NCBI GenBank assembly: GCA_036351155.1
Contig: JAZBOO010000129.1
Span: 1 to 17,361 of the forward strand
DNA: 17,361 nt
Origin: Candidatus Krumholzibacteriia bacterium
GTDB lineage: Bacteria; Krumholzibacteriota; Krumholzibacteriia; LZORAL124-64-63
Reading direction: 5' to 3'
Both the position numbers and the translations under genes were made by a program. Below the pieces are notes generated by a model. The model was not told the DNA's origin. It saw nothing but the letters and a program-made list of their open reading frames with translations, and made no database searches. Of this stretch, positions 6,739 to 15,420 are shown in pieces (within the stretch, counting starts at the first letter, position 1; each line of letters starts with the position of its first letter).

Positions 6739-8511
6739 TCAGAGAGTGACCAGCCCCTGGTCCTGGACCTGGGCCAGGATCTCCTTGAGGCGCGCCACCT
6801 GCAGAGGTTTGGTCAGGTACTGGTCCATGCCCGAATCCAGGCATCGATCCCGATCCTCCGCCGAAGCATGTGCGGTCAAAGCCACGATGGGCACATGCCG
6901 CTCCTGGCCCTGCTCCTGCCGGCGAATGGTCCGGGTAGCTTCCAGACCATCCATCTCGGGCATCTGGACATCCATCAGGACCATGTCGAAGCATTCCGAG
7001 GCCACCGCCTCGACACCCAGACGGCCGTTGACCGCCACCTTCACCTGATGTCCCTGGTTGATCAGGATGCGCTCGACGAACCGGCTGTTGACGGGATTAT
7101 CCTCCACGACCAGGATGTGCAACCCCGGGCCCGATGGCCCCGTCTGGGGAGCCGAGCGCGCCGCGGACACCTCTTTCACCAGTCCGGCCACCAAGGTGAA
7201 GTGGAATGTGCTGCCCTGGCCCAGGACACTTTCCACCGTGATCCCTCCACCCATTTTTTGCAGCAGACTGCGGGTGATGGACAGGCCCAGGCCGGTGCCC
7301 CCGAACTTGCGGGCAAATGAGCTGTCAGCCTGGTAAAAAGTCCCGAAGATGGTCCCCAGTTTCTCGGGGGCAATTCCCTCCCCGGTGTCCCTGACCATCC
7401 CCAGGATTTCCACCTGGTCTGGAGATTTTTCTCGGCCACACAAGGTCACCTGGACCTTTCCCCTGGCCGTGAACTTGAGGGCGTTGCCCACCAGATTTTC
7501 CAGAACCTGTATCAGACGATCAGGATCCAGCACCAGCTTCTCGGGCAGATCCGGATGCACTTCGCAGATCACGGGGACGCCGTTTCCGCCGTGGAGTTGA
7601 ACCACCTTCTCGATGGTTTCACTCACCAGTTCCCCGAAATTGATGACCTCCGGTTGGAGGTTCAGCTGGCCGGATTCGAGGCGGGAGAAGTCCAGGATAT
7701 CTTCGACCACGCCCAGCAAATTGCGTCCCGAAAGCTGGGCCATTTCGAGGTATTCCCGCTGGTCAGAGGACAGGTCGGTCCCCAGGGCCAGCTCGGTCAT
7801 GCCCAGGATGCCGTTGATGGGGGTGCGGATTTCATGACTCATGTTGGCCAGAAAAAGACTCTTGGCTTCGCTGGCCACCTCGGCCTGTCGCTTGGCCAGA
7901 TCCAGCTCGCCACTGCGCTTGGCCAGCAGATCGGCCGCCCTCATTTCCCTCTGGAAATGGCCATTCTGAATCCGGGCCTGCACCAGACAGTAGACCAGGT
8001 AGATGGTGAGCATGAGGCCGGTGGCCTGGGACCGGGCACCCGGGGCCAACCAGGCCGCCAGGGCGGGGAGTCCGATGATGATCATCAGGAAGGGGATCAC
8101 GGTGCGCGCATCGCTGCTGAGGGCACTGATGCCGCCGGAAGCAAGTCCGGTGGTGATCAGCATGACCAGGAGCATTTCCCAGCCCATACCAAAATTCGAG
8201 ATCACGACCTGGACAAACACCCCCCAGGCCATGGCCAGCACCAGAGTCGTGACCAGAAACCAGGTGGCCCACCACCGGGGCCGTACGGGGTAGTCGGCCT
8301 CCATGCGTGAGCAGAGCCTTTTGCGCTGACTCCCGGCCGCCAGTTGCAAGATCACAACCAGGGCCACTGCCAGCGGCTCCAGCCGCCAAAGATTGATAAA
8401 ATGGGCAGCCACCATGGTCATCCCGGCATAGAAGAAAGACCCCACTGCTGCCCTGCGGGCAAGTGAGCGGGCAATCCTTATGTCGTGGCTCGCGGCAGTC
8501 GCGGAGGTCAT
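6739..8511 (-). CDS. Hybrid membrane sensor histidine kinase / response regulator (TM sensor-HisKA-HATPase-REC)
   Basis: About 6 N-terminal TM helices. H-box [19 protein letters not shown]-box [11 protein letters not shown]1 DTGEGI, G2 GGTGLGL. Receiver domain ILVVEDN...LMDVQMP...ALTA...TKP. Confidence 0.95.
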   Translation of the reverse strand: MTSATAASHDIRIARSLARRAAVGSFFYAGMTMVAAHFINLWRLEPLAVALVVILQLAAGSQRKRLCSRMEADYPVRPRWWATWFLVTTLVLAMAWGVFVQVVISNFGMGWEMLLVMLITTGLASGGISALSSDARTVIPFLMIIIGLPALAAWLAPGARSQATGLMLTIYLVYCLVQARIQNGHFQREMRAADLLAKRSGELDLAKRQAEVASEAKSLFLANMSHEIRTPINGILGMTELALGTDLSSDQREYLEMAQLSGRNLLGVVEDILDFSRLESGQLNLQPEVINFGELVSETIEKVVQLHGGNGVPVICEVHPDLPEKLVLDPDRLIQVLENLVGNALKFTARGKVQVTLCGREKSPDQVEILGMVRDTGEGIAPEKLGTIFGTFYQADSSFARKFGGTGLGLSITRSLLQKMGGGITVESVLGQGSTFHFTLVAGLVKEVSAARSAPQTGPSGPGLHILVVEDNPVNSRFVERILINQGHQVKVAVNGRLGVEAVASECFDMVLMDVQMPEMDGLEATRTIRRQEQGQERHVPIVALTAHASAEDRDRCLDSGMDQYLTKPLQVARLKEILAQVQDQGLVTL

Positions 8512-8649
8512 GGAGGCTCCATGGTCAGAAGCATATGATGCATCACGGTTTATTCCATGATTTGGCTCTCCACGTGAAGATCGGCATTTATAATGACAAC
8601 TGTAGAAAATACATCGAAGAAGTGGGGGAAAGCTCAGGGAACTGGGACC

Positions 8650-9639
8650 TTAACTATCCACTAACCGGACACGACCCGAGGTCAACGGCGCCTCTCCGGT
8701 GTCCAGGTGCAGGGCCAGGTCCGCGCCGATGGCCACCACCCCGGCACGGCGAGGAGGAGATGGGTTGTCCAGGGCCTTCTCCTGCGCTTCGGACCAGTAA
8801 AGGATATCCCGGCCGATCAGGAGCGACCCTTCACAGTACGCCTGGTGGATGACATCCGGGCCATGGGCTTGCAGTTGATCCAGGCAGTGCCGGATCTGGC
8901 CGAGTATGGCGAGCAGGGTGGACCCCAGGGTGGGCGTCACCCCTGCGGCCGCCTGGTGCAAGCTGATGGCCGGCGTTTGCCAGGGATCGTCGCCCGTGTC
9001 CGGTGTCACGGCCACGTTCAACCCGATGCCGAAGGTCACCGAGGTCAGGCGTCCCTCCAGGGTCCTGGCCGCGGTCAAAACTCCCCCGAGTTTTTTACCG
9101 TCGCAAAGAAGATCATTCACCCACTTGATCCCCAGACGACCGGGTTTCCCGGCGGGATGCGCGCCCAGCACACTGCGCACCGCGTTCAGGGCGGCTACCG
9201 CCGGAACCATCATCAAGGCGGCATGACAGGTGGCGGCTTCCAGGTCCACCGGGCAAAGGAGGCTGAGGTGGAGATTGCCGGGCTGGGCATCCCAGCGGCG
9301 GCCGTGCTGGCCGTGAAAACCCTGACCGCCCAGGGCCAGGCAGGCGACTGATCCCAGGTGGGTGCGGGCATCGGCAGGCATCTGGCGCAAAAGGTCGAAT
9401 TGACTGCCCCGCGATTGCTCCACCGCCAGCAACCAATTCCAACCTTCCGCGCAATGGTGTGGCTTCCAGCGGCGAAGAGTGTTTTCCACTCCAGCAGCCT
9501 CCGCCAGAGGGCCGAGCTCACGAGGCCAGGTCCCCGCGTTTTCCATAGGTGTGGCCTCTTCCCACCCCAGTTTGTGCAGGGTGGTCGGGCCATCGGTCCA
9601 GACTGTCCAGCTGTCCATTTCACCATCATTTCCGGCCAT
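8650..9639 (-). CDS. Biotin/lipoate protein ligase-fold (BPL/BirA catalytic-like) protein, atypical; no N-terminal HTH
   Basis: IKWVNDLL, KKLGGVL, FGIGLNV, GNLHLSL and a C-terminal SH3-like tail (GVVAIGADLALHLDTG..LTSGRV). The GRGRxGR loop is replaced by FHGQHGR. Start uncertain (TTG 9663, ATG 9639 or ATG 9618). Confidence 0.8.
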   Translation of the reverse strand: MAGNDGEMDSWTVWTDGPTTLHKLGWEEATPMENAGTWPRELGPLAEAAGVENTLRRWKPHHCAEGWNWLLAVEQSRGSQFDLLRQMPADARTHLGSVACLALGGQGFHGQHGRRWDAQPGNLHLSLLCPVDLEAATCHAALMMVPAVAALNAVRSVLGAHPAGKPGRLGIKWVNDLLCDGKKLGGVLTAARTLEGRLTSVTFGIGLNVAVTPDTGDDPWQTPAISLHQAAAGVTPTLGSTLLAILGQIRHCLDQLQAHGPDVIHQAYCEGSLLIGRDILYWSEAQEKALDNPSPPRRAGVVAIGADLALHLDTGEAPLTSGRVRLVDS

Positions 9640-9685
9640 GAGTGATTGTTGAATATGGCCCAAAATTCATGTCCTGAAAAGCTAT

Positions 9686-9714
9686 TTGCAGGCCATGCCC
9701 CCCTATGGTAAGGT
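9686..9714 (+). promoter_or_regulatory. Putative sigma70-type promoter for the fadL-SGNH operon
   Basis: TTGCAG (9686-9691), 17-nt spacer, TAAGGT (9709-9714) preceded by an extended -10 TGn. Located in the divergent intergenic region about 110 nt upstream of the fadL ATG. Confidence 0.5.
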
Positions 9715-9822
9715 GCGAAGGTTCGAAACCGATTTCACCCCCGGGTCGCCGCAGACGACAGGCAACATCCTGTCATTGTTGAACTTACCTGGGTTTGATT
9801 CCACCCCGCAAGAGGAGGCGAA

Positions 9823-11130
9823 ATGCGGAAATTCACCACCCTGGTCCTGTTGACCACAGGGCTGATCACCTTGGGCGCCGGGATGGCCCAGGGCGCCGGC
9901 TTCAATATCTACGAAGCCGGTGTGCGAGCCACTGCCCTTGGCGGCGCGTTCACAGCTTCGGCTGATGATGGCTCTGCGCTCTTTTACAATGCCGCCGGTC
10001 TGAGCTTTCAGGAAGGCCGGAGCGCCAGCATCAACCTGATGCCCGTCAACCCGCGTTTCAAATTCCGCGGCGCCACCACCTTCGCCGGCGAGGGGGCCTT
10101 CGAGGAAGTCCAGCACAAGACCTACCTGGTTCCCGGGGCCTACTACACTGCGCGACCCAGCGAAAAATTCTCCTACGGCCTGGGCGTCTACGCCCCCTTC
10201 GGTCTGGGCGTCAAGTGGATGAACCCTGACACGTTCGTGGGCCGCCAGGTCAGTTACGACGTGGAAATTCAGACGGTCTACGTGACCCCGGCCCTCAGCT
10301 ACATGGTGGCCGATGGGCTGGCTCTGGCCGTGGGTGTGGACGTCGCCACCCAGCACCTCAACCTGAAACGCCAGACGCCTCACCCCACCCTGGGTGGCCA
10401 GATGCTGGACACTCAGATCGAAGGCTCGAGCAACGTGAATGTCACGCCTTCAATGGGCCTCATGTACCGTCCCAACGAGAAGGTTTCGCTGGGCGTGATG
10501 TATCACCACAAGAAGACCCTGAAGTACGAAGACGGCGAAGCGACCCTCGCCAATGCGCTGAGTCCTGGCGACCCCGGCTACGTCACCCCGGTGACCTTGC
10601 TGGCCGGCCTGGGCGGCAGCGACCAGTTGCTGGACAGTGAACTGAACCTGCCCTACATCCTGAGCCTGGGCGCCTCCTACCAGTTCACGCCTCGTCTGCG
10701 CGGCGAAGCCAACTACGTGCGCTTCGGCTGGAGCACCTTCAGGTCGCTGTCCCTGGACTTCGACACCGACGCCCTGGACCAGACCATCCATTTCGATTAC
10801 GAAGACACCTGGCAAATCCGGTTCGGACTGGACTTCCAGGCCATTCCTGATCGCCTGAATGTCATGGCCGGCTACGTCCACGACAAGACTCCGCAGCCGC
10901 TGGCCTCGGTCAGCCCGCTGTTGCCCGACGCCGACCGCAACGACTACTCGATAGGCCTGCAGGTTTTCCACGGGAAATGGGATTTCAACCTGGGCTACAT
11001 GCTGGTGATTGCGGAGGAGCGCACCAACATCGAGAACGGCATGCCCGCCAACCCCGATCCTGCCTATCCGGTGGGAACTTACAAGAACATGGCTAACATC
11101 TTCGGTGCCGGCATCGGTTACCGCTTCTAG
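9823..11130 (+). CDS. fadL: OmpP1/FadL/TodX-family outer-membrane long-chain fatty-acid/hydrophobic compound transporter
   Basis: GAGGAGG RBS and signal peptide ending AQG/A. Mature N-terminus AGFNIYEAGVRATALGGAFTASADDGSALFYNAAGL, then GLGVYAPFGL and PLLPDADR. C-terminal beta-signal GIGYRF. Confidence 0.93.
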   Translation: MRKFTTLVLLTTGLITLGAGMAQGAGFNIYEAGVRATALGGAFTASADDGSALFYNAAGLSFQEGRSASINLMPVNPRFKFRGATTFAGEGAFEEVQHKTYLVPGAYYTARPSEKFSYGLGVYAPFGLGVKWMNPDTFVGRQVSYDVEIQTVYVTPALSYMVADGLALAVGVDVATQHLNLKRQTPHPTLGGQMLDTQIEGSSNVNVTPSMGLMYRPNEKVSLGVMYHHKKTLKYEDGEATLANALSPGDPGYVTPVTLLAGLGGSDQLLDSELNLPYILSLGASYQFTPRLRGEANYVRFGWSTFRSLSLDFDTDALDQTIHFDYEDTWQIRFGLDFQAIPDRLNVMAGYVHDKTPQPLASVSPLLPDADRNDYSIGLQVFHGKWDFNLGYMLVIAEERTNIENGMPANPDPAYPVGTYKNMANIFGAGIGYRF

Positions 11131-11145
11131 AAGGAGGTGCAGGAA

Positions 11146-12624
11146 ATGAAGAAACTCATCACACTGATCGCTGTACTGCCCATCCTGCTGGCCCTTCTGC
11201 TGGCTGGTTGTGGACTGGACGCCCCCGAGGGATCCAACGACCTGGTCGCCCCTGCGGGCGAACAGCTTTTCACCGACTACGTGGCCATCGGCAACAGCCT
11301 GACGGCCGGTTACATGGACAACGGTCTGGCCATCAAGGGACAGCTGACCAGCTACCCGCGCATCATCGCCCAGCAAATGGGACTGGATGTCAGCGTGGGC
11401 GATTCCGACTTCACCCAGCCTTATGTGTCCATGCCGGGCATCGGCGGCACCAAGGACCCCGTGAACCACCCGGCCGACGCGGCCGGCGTGCTGTACTGGA
11501 ATGGGAGTGTCCCCACGGTTCTGGACTGGACCCCCTTGACCACTGTGCTGGATCCGGGAAGCGGCTTCTTGCCGCTGATCGCTCTTCCCCGGCCCTACCA
11601 CAACCTGGGTGTGCCGGGAGCCCTGCTGCATGATGTCATGAATGCCTACAGCTCGACCACCAGCGTGGCGCCGGGCAACAGCTTCTTCGACTTCATCAAC
11701 CGGGCCAGCTTCTTCGACAACGTGACCATTCCGGCCACGCCGCAAAGCCCGGCCTACGAGTCGGCCTCCATGTTCCGCCAGGCTCTGGCCAAGGGCCCCA
11801 AGGTGTTGACCTGCTGGATCGGCAACAACGATATCCTGGGTTCGGCCACCGCGGGAACCGACCTGGGCGTGACCCCGGTCGCCCAGTTCCAGGCCGAGTA
11901 CACGGCCCTGGTGCAGACCATGGCCGGCGGTCTGGTGCAGCGCAACGGGTTCCCGTCGGCCATCATCCTGGCCAACATCCCCAGCATCACCACCATTCCC
12001 TACTTCGTGCCGCGCACCTTCCTGGAAGCCGCCGCACCTCAGGGGCTGGGAATTGCCTGGCCCTGGGGTTACGAGGAGGCCACGGCTGAGTTGCTGTGCT
12101 TCCCCGGCCTGTCCTGGCTGCAGAACACCGACAACCAGGGTTCGCCGGTTCCGGCCAACCTGACGTTGAGTGCCGCCGAGGTGACGAACATTGAAACCGC
12201 CGTGGCGACGTTCAATGGGATCATCGCCGCGGTGGCTGACGGTGTGAACGCCAGCGGCTATGCCCAGTGCGCGGTGATGGACGCCAACGCCCTGATGACG
12301 CGCGAGGCGAACATGGGCCGCACCACGCATTTCATGTTCCTGGCCCTGGCCGGAATGCCGGTGCGGACCGCGGCCGATGCGACCCTGTTCTCGCTGGACG
12401 GCGTGCACCCGAACAATCGGGGCTATGCGGTGATCGCCAACGAGTTCATCGACACCATCAATGGTTTGCTGGGAACCGATGTTCCTGACGTGGACCCCAT
12501 GAGCGCGGTGTTCGAATGGGACCCGACCTACAGTCAGCCCCCCGTTCCCCCGACCGCAGCCGGCGAGCTGGGCCGTCTGGACGCCAGGGTGGCCGAGAGC
12601 ATGGCCTCCGCCTTCCAGCGGTAG
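11146..12624 (+). CDS. SGNH/GDSL-family lipolytic lipoprotein
   Basis: MKK + hydrophobic stretch + lipobox LAGC. Block I AIGNSLTAG, block II NLGVPGA, block III WIGNND, block V DGVHPN. AAGGAGG and AGGA upstream. ATG 11146 preferred over GTG 11137. Confidence 0.9.
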   Translation: MKKLITLIAVLPILLALLLAGCGLDAPEGSNDLVAPAGEQLFTDYVAIGNSLTAGYMDNGLAIKGQLTSYPRIIAQQMGLDVSVGDSDFTQPYVSMPGIGGTKDPVNHPADAAGVLYWNGSVPTVLDWTPLTTVLDPGSGFLPLIALPRPYHNLGVPGALLHDVMNAYSSTTSVAPGNSFFDFINRASFFDNVTIPATPQSPAYESASMFRQALAKGPKVLTCWIGNNDILGSATAGTDLGVTPVAQFQAEYTALVQTMAGGLVQRNGFPSAIILANIPSITTIPYFVPRTFLEAAAPQGLGIAWPWGYEEATAELLCFPGLSWLQNTDNQGSPVPANLTLSAAEVTNIETAVATFNGIIAAVADGVNASGYAQCAVMDANALMTREANMGRTTHFMFLALAGMPVRTAADATLFSLDGVHPNNRGYAVIANEFIDTINGLLGTDVPDVDPMSAVFEWDPTYSQPPVPPTAAGELGRLDARVAESMASAFQR

Positions 12625-12637
12625 TTTTTCACCATCT

Positions 12638-12666
12638 GGGGGGAGCTTGGGCTCCCCCCTTTTTTT
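12638..12666 (+). terminator. Rho-independent terminator of the fadL-SGNH operon
   Basis: GGGGGGAGC-TTGG-GCTCCCCCC perfect 9-bp stem followed by 7 T, starting 13 nt after the SGNH stop. Confidence 0.92.
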
Positions 12667-12850
12667 GTAGGCCAGGGCACCTTTTCCATCGCTCAGCGTT
12701 CAAAGAGAGATGGGATCCATTTCGTTGATCAGGGTTTTTCGTGCCGGACCGGTCTTCCTGGTGTAGATTTGGGAAGAATCGCCGTTTTCCATGGCCGGCT
12801 TCACGGCCAAGACAGGTCGGGACCTGGACCCGGACCTGAAAGGACAGGGA

Positions 12851-13717
12851 ATGCATCGCTACCGGACATCGCCCGGCATGGGTTTCGGAGGCCTGGGAAT
12901 AACCCCCGCCGTCAAGGGCCTGTTGATTGCCAATGTGGCCATCTTTCTGCTGCAGAATGTGGTGCGGGATATCGCCTACTGGGGTGTTTTCAACACCCAG
13001 GTGGCCATCTTCAACCTGCAGCTGTGGCGGTTCGTCACCTACATGTTCCTGCACGGCGATTTCAGCCACCTGCTGTTCAACATGTTCGGCTTGTGGATGT
13101 TCGGTTCGCAGATCGAGGCGCTTTGGGGACAGCGCAGCTTTCTCACTTTCTACTTCGTTTGCGGACTGGGTGGAGCCTTCCTCTATGCACTCTTTGATCT
13201 GATAGGCATCGGGGATGGGGCCTCGATGCTTGGAGCCTCGGGTGCCATTTACGGCATCCTCCTGGCCTACGGTATGACCTTCCCGAACAACATCATCCTG
13301 ATCGGGTTCATCATTCCGGTGAAAGCCAAGTACGCGGTGATCCTGTTCGGTCTGGTCGAGTTGCTGGCCACGGCCTCGGGTACCGGCGGCGGCGTGGCCC
13401 ACCTGGCCCACCTGGGCGGCATGCTTGCCGGGTTCATCTTCATCATGCTGACCATACCCGGCATCAGCCGGCAAATTTCCGCGGCGGGCCTGGACCTGGA
13501 TGGTGTATTCCGGCGCTTCAGGACCAAGCGCAAGATCAAGGTGGTGCGCCCCGAGCAGAAGCCCGGCAATGGCCGGGACCAGACACCGCCCCCCTCTTCG
13601 CCGGGGGCGGCCGACCAGAAACAGATCGACCGCATCCTCGACAAGATTTCCCGCGAGGGCCTGCAGAGCCTCAGCGACGAGGAACAGGAAATCCTGCGCC
13701 GGGCCGGTCGGCGCTAA
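12851..13717 (+). CDS. Rhomboid-family intramembrane serine protease with C-terminal DUF6576-like helical domain
   Basis: WRFVTYMFLH, HLLFNM, catalytic GASG and AHLGG. C-terminal IDRILDKISREGLQSLSDEEQEILRRA. ATG 12851 has AGGACAGGGA upstream; ATG 12791 is an alternative start. Confidence 0.92.
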   Translation: MHRYRTSPGMGFGGLGITPAVKGLLIANVAIFLLQNVVRDIAYWGVFNTQVAIFNLQLWRFVTYMFLHGDFSHLLFNMFGLWMFGSQIEALWGQRSFLTFYFVCGLGGAFLYALFDLIGIGDGASMLGASGAIYGILLAYGMTFPNNIILIGFIIPVKAKYAVILFGLVELLATASGTGGGVAHLAHLGGMLAGFIFIMLTIPGISRQISAAGLDLDGVFRRFRTKRKIKVVRPEQKPGNGRDQTPPPSSPGAADQKQIDRILDKISREGLQSLSDEEQEILRRAGRR

Positions 13718-13734
13718 CCTCACCCTGAGGGGCC

Positions 13735-14673
13735 ATGGACCTTTCGATCATCATCGTGAACTGGAACACCAGGCAGTTGCTGCGCGACTGCCTGGCTTCT
13801 TTGCCGGCCGCCTGGGGCAACCTTAATGCCGAGGTCCTGGTGGTCGACAACGCCTCGCAGGACGGCTCGGCCGACCTGGTGCGCACCGAGTTCCCTGAAC
13901 ACCTCCTGATCGAGAGCGGGGGCAACCTGGGTTTCAGCAAGGGCAACAATCTGGCCTTGCCCCACGCCACCGGGCAGGCGGTTTTGCTGCTGAATCCGGA
14001 CACGGTGTGCCCCCCGGAATCGCTGGCTCGGCTTTTTGCTTTCCTGCAGGAAAAAACCCAGGCTGGCGTGGTGGGCCCCATGCTGGTCGATGCTCAGGGA
14101 CAGCCCACCTTGACCTGGGGCTTCTTTCCCCGGGCTCGGGACCACTGGCTGGGTTTCCTGGACCCCAAGCGGTGGTGGCTGCGTGGAACCCTGGCGCGGC
14201 GCATCGTCCACATTCCCGCGCCGAGCGAACCCTCGGAACAGGTCGACTACGTGACCGGCGCCTGCTTCATGATGCGGCGGCAGGCCCTCGAAGAGGTCGG
14301 CCCTCTGGATGAGCAATTCTTCATGTACTTCGAGGAAACCGACTGGTGCTGGCGCGCCCGGCAGGCCGGCTACGAGGTGTGGTACTGTGCGGAGGCACGG
14401 GTGGCCCACCTGGAAGGGCAGGCCGCGGCCAAGGTCAACTGGTTCAGCTTGCGCCAGTTTCAGAAGAGCTACCGTCTATTCGTGGCCAAGCACTACGGAC
14501 CCGAGCAGGTGGGCAAGTTCCGGCTGGCTCAGTATGCCGAGTACGGGCTGAAGGCCCTCTTGCGCAGCATGGCGGTCCATGACAGCCAGGACAACCAGAT
14601 CAAGGCGGCGATCTTTCGCGAGAAAGCCCGTCTGCAGCTGATGAAGGATATCAAGGTCGAGCCCCCATCCTGA
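13735..14673 (+). CDS. Glycosyltransferase family 2 (WbbL/rhamnosyltransferase-like)
   Basis: LSIIIVNWNT, VVDNASQDGS, NLGFSKGNN, LLLNPDT, TGACFM, LDEQFFMYFEETDWC. GAGGGG RBS; starts 17 nt after the rhomboid stop. Confidence 0.92.
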   Translation: MDLSIIIVNWNTRQLLRDCLASLPAAWGNLNAEVLVVDNASQDGSADLVRTEFPEHLLIESGGNLGFSKGNNLALPHATGQAVLLLNPDTVCPPESLARLFAFLQEKTQAGVVGPMLVDAQGQPTLTWGFFPRARDHWLGFLDPKRWWLRGTLARRIVHIPAPSEPSEQVDYVTGACFMMRRQALEEVGPLDEQFFMYFEETDWCWRARQAGYEVWYCAEARVAHLEGQAAAKVNWFSLRQFQKSYRLFVAKHYGPEQVGKFRLAQYAEYGLKALLRSMAVHDSQDNQIKAAIFREKARLQLMKDIKVEPPS

Positions 14674-14681
14674 AACGCCTG

Positions 14682-15371
14682 CTAGCTCCAGCCGACCTCA
14701 TCGAACCGGGCATCATTTTGCAGCGGCGCAATCACGGCCTGAGCGTGCTCGGTTTTCCGGTATTTCAGGACCAGGGTCACCTCACAGTTGCCCGTGCCTG
14801 GTTGCCGCACTACATCTCGGTTTTTCACCTGAACATCCGCTTCCGCAAGACGGCCGGTCACCTCATCCAGCAGACCCAGGTCCCCCTTCCAGAGAAGATG
14901 GAGCGAAGCATACAAATCGCCATGAATGGCCAACCGATGGAGGGCGAAGAGGGCAATGAGAACCAGCAGTGTCAGGAACCCGGCGATCGTATACTCCCCC
15001 AGGCCCACGGTGACCCCGATGGCCGAAACCACCCAGATGGAGGCCGCTGTGGTCAGGCCGCGCACATAGTCGCTACTCTTGACAATGGTGCCGGCCCCCA
15101 GAAAACCGATGCCTGTGATGACCCCGGCGGCAGCCCGTGCGGGATCCATGCGGATGGCCGATTCCGCGCCCACGTTGAACTCCATCGAGAGCTTCTGGAA
15201 TGCCACAATGATGGCCGCCGAGCCCAGACAAACGAGGATGTTGGTCCGCAGTCCGGCCGGGCGGCCTCGACTCTGGCGTTCCATGCCGACCAGACCGCCG
15301 AGGACCATGGCCACCACCAGACGCAGGACAAAAACGCCGTCATTTTTCATGATATCCAGAAGGTATTCCAT
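14682..15371 (-). CDS. mgtC: MgtC/SapB-family membrane protein with C-terminal ACT-like domain
   Basis: LGGLVGMERQ..RPAGLRTNILV, DPARAAAGVITGIGFLGAGTI, VRGLTTAASIWVVSAIG. Confidence 0.92.
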   Translation of the reverse strand: MEYLLDIMKNDGVFVLRLVVAMVLGGLVGMERQSRGRPAGLRTNILVCLGSAAIIVAFQKLSMEFNVGAESAIRMDPARAAAGVITGIGFLGAGTIVKSSDYVRGLTTAASIWVVSAIGVTVGLGEYTIAGFLTLLVLIALFALHRLAIHGDLYASLHLLWKGDLGLLDEVTGRLAEADVQVKNRDVVRQPGTGNCEVTLVLKYRKTEHAQAVIAPLQNDARFDEVGWS

Positions 15372-15420
15372 CTTTACTCAATTCTAACTGCTAGGCCAAC
15401 AATCAGATCACTTCCCAGAG

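Noticed and set aside
8589..8594. Perfect TATAAT on the plus strand in the kinase/BPL intergenic region
   Set aside because: It points away from the kinase gene and into the 3' end of the BPL-like gene, and no matching -35 was seen. Not supportable as a promoter.
8650..9639. Assigning the symbol birA
   Set aside because: Biotin-binding residues and the HTH are missing, so orthology and function cannot be asserted.
10450..12408. 652-aa minus-strand ORF spanning fadL and the SGNH gene
   Set aside because: Antisense shadow of two well-supported in-frame genes with strong GC3 bias. Its sequence is rich in G/H/V/Q/R with no recognisable motifs.
12629..14409. 364-aa and 229-aa minus-strand ORFs opposite the rhomboid and GT2 genes
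   Set aside because: Fully overlap confident plus-strand genes; no domain signatures.
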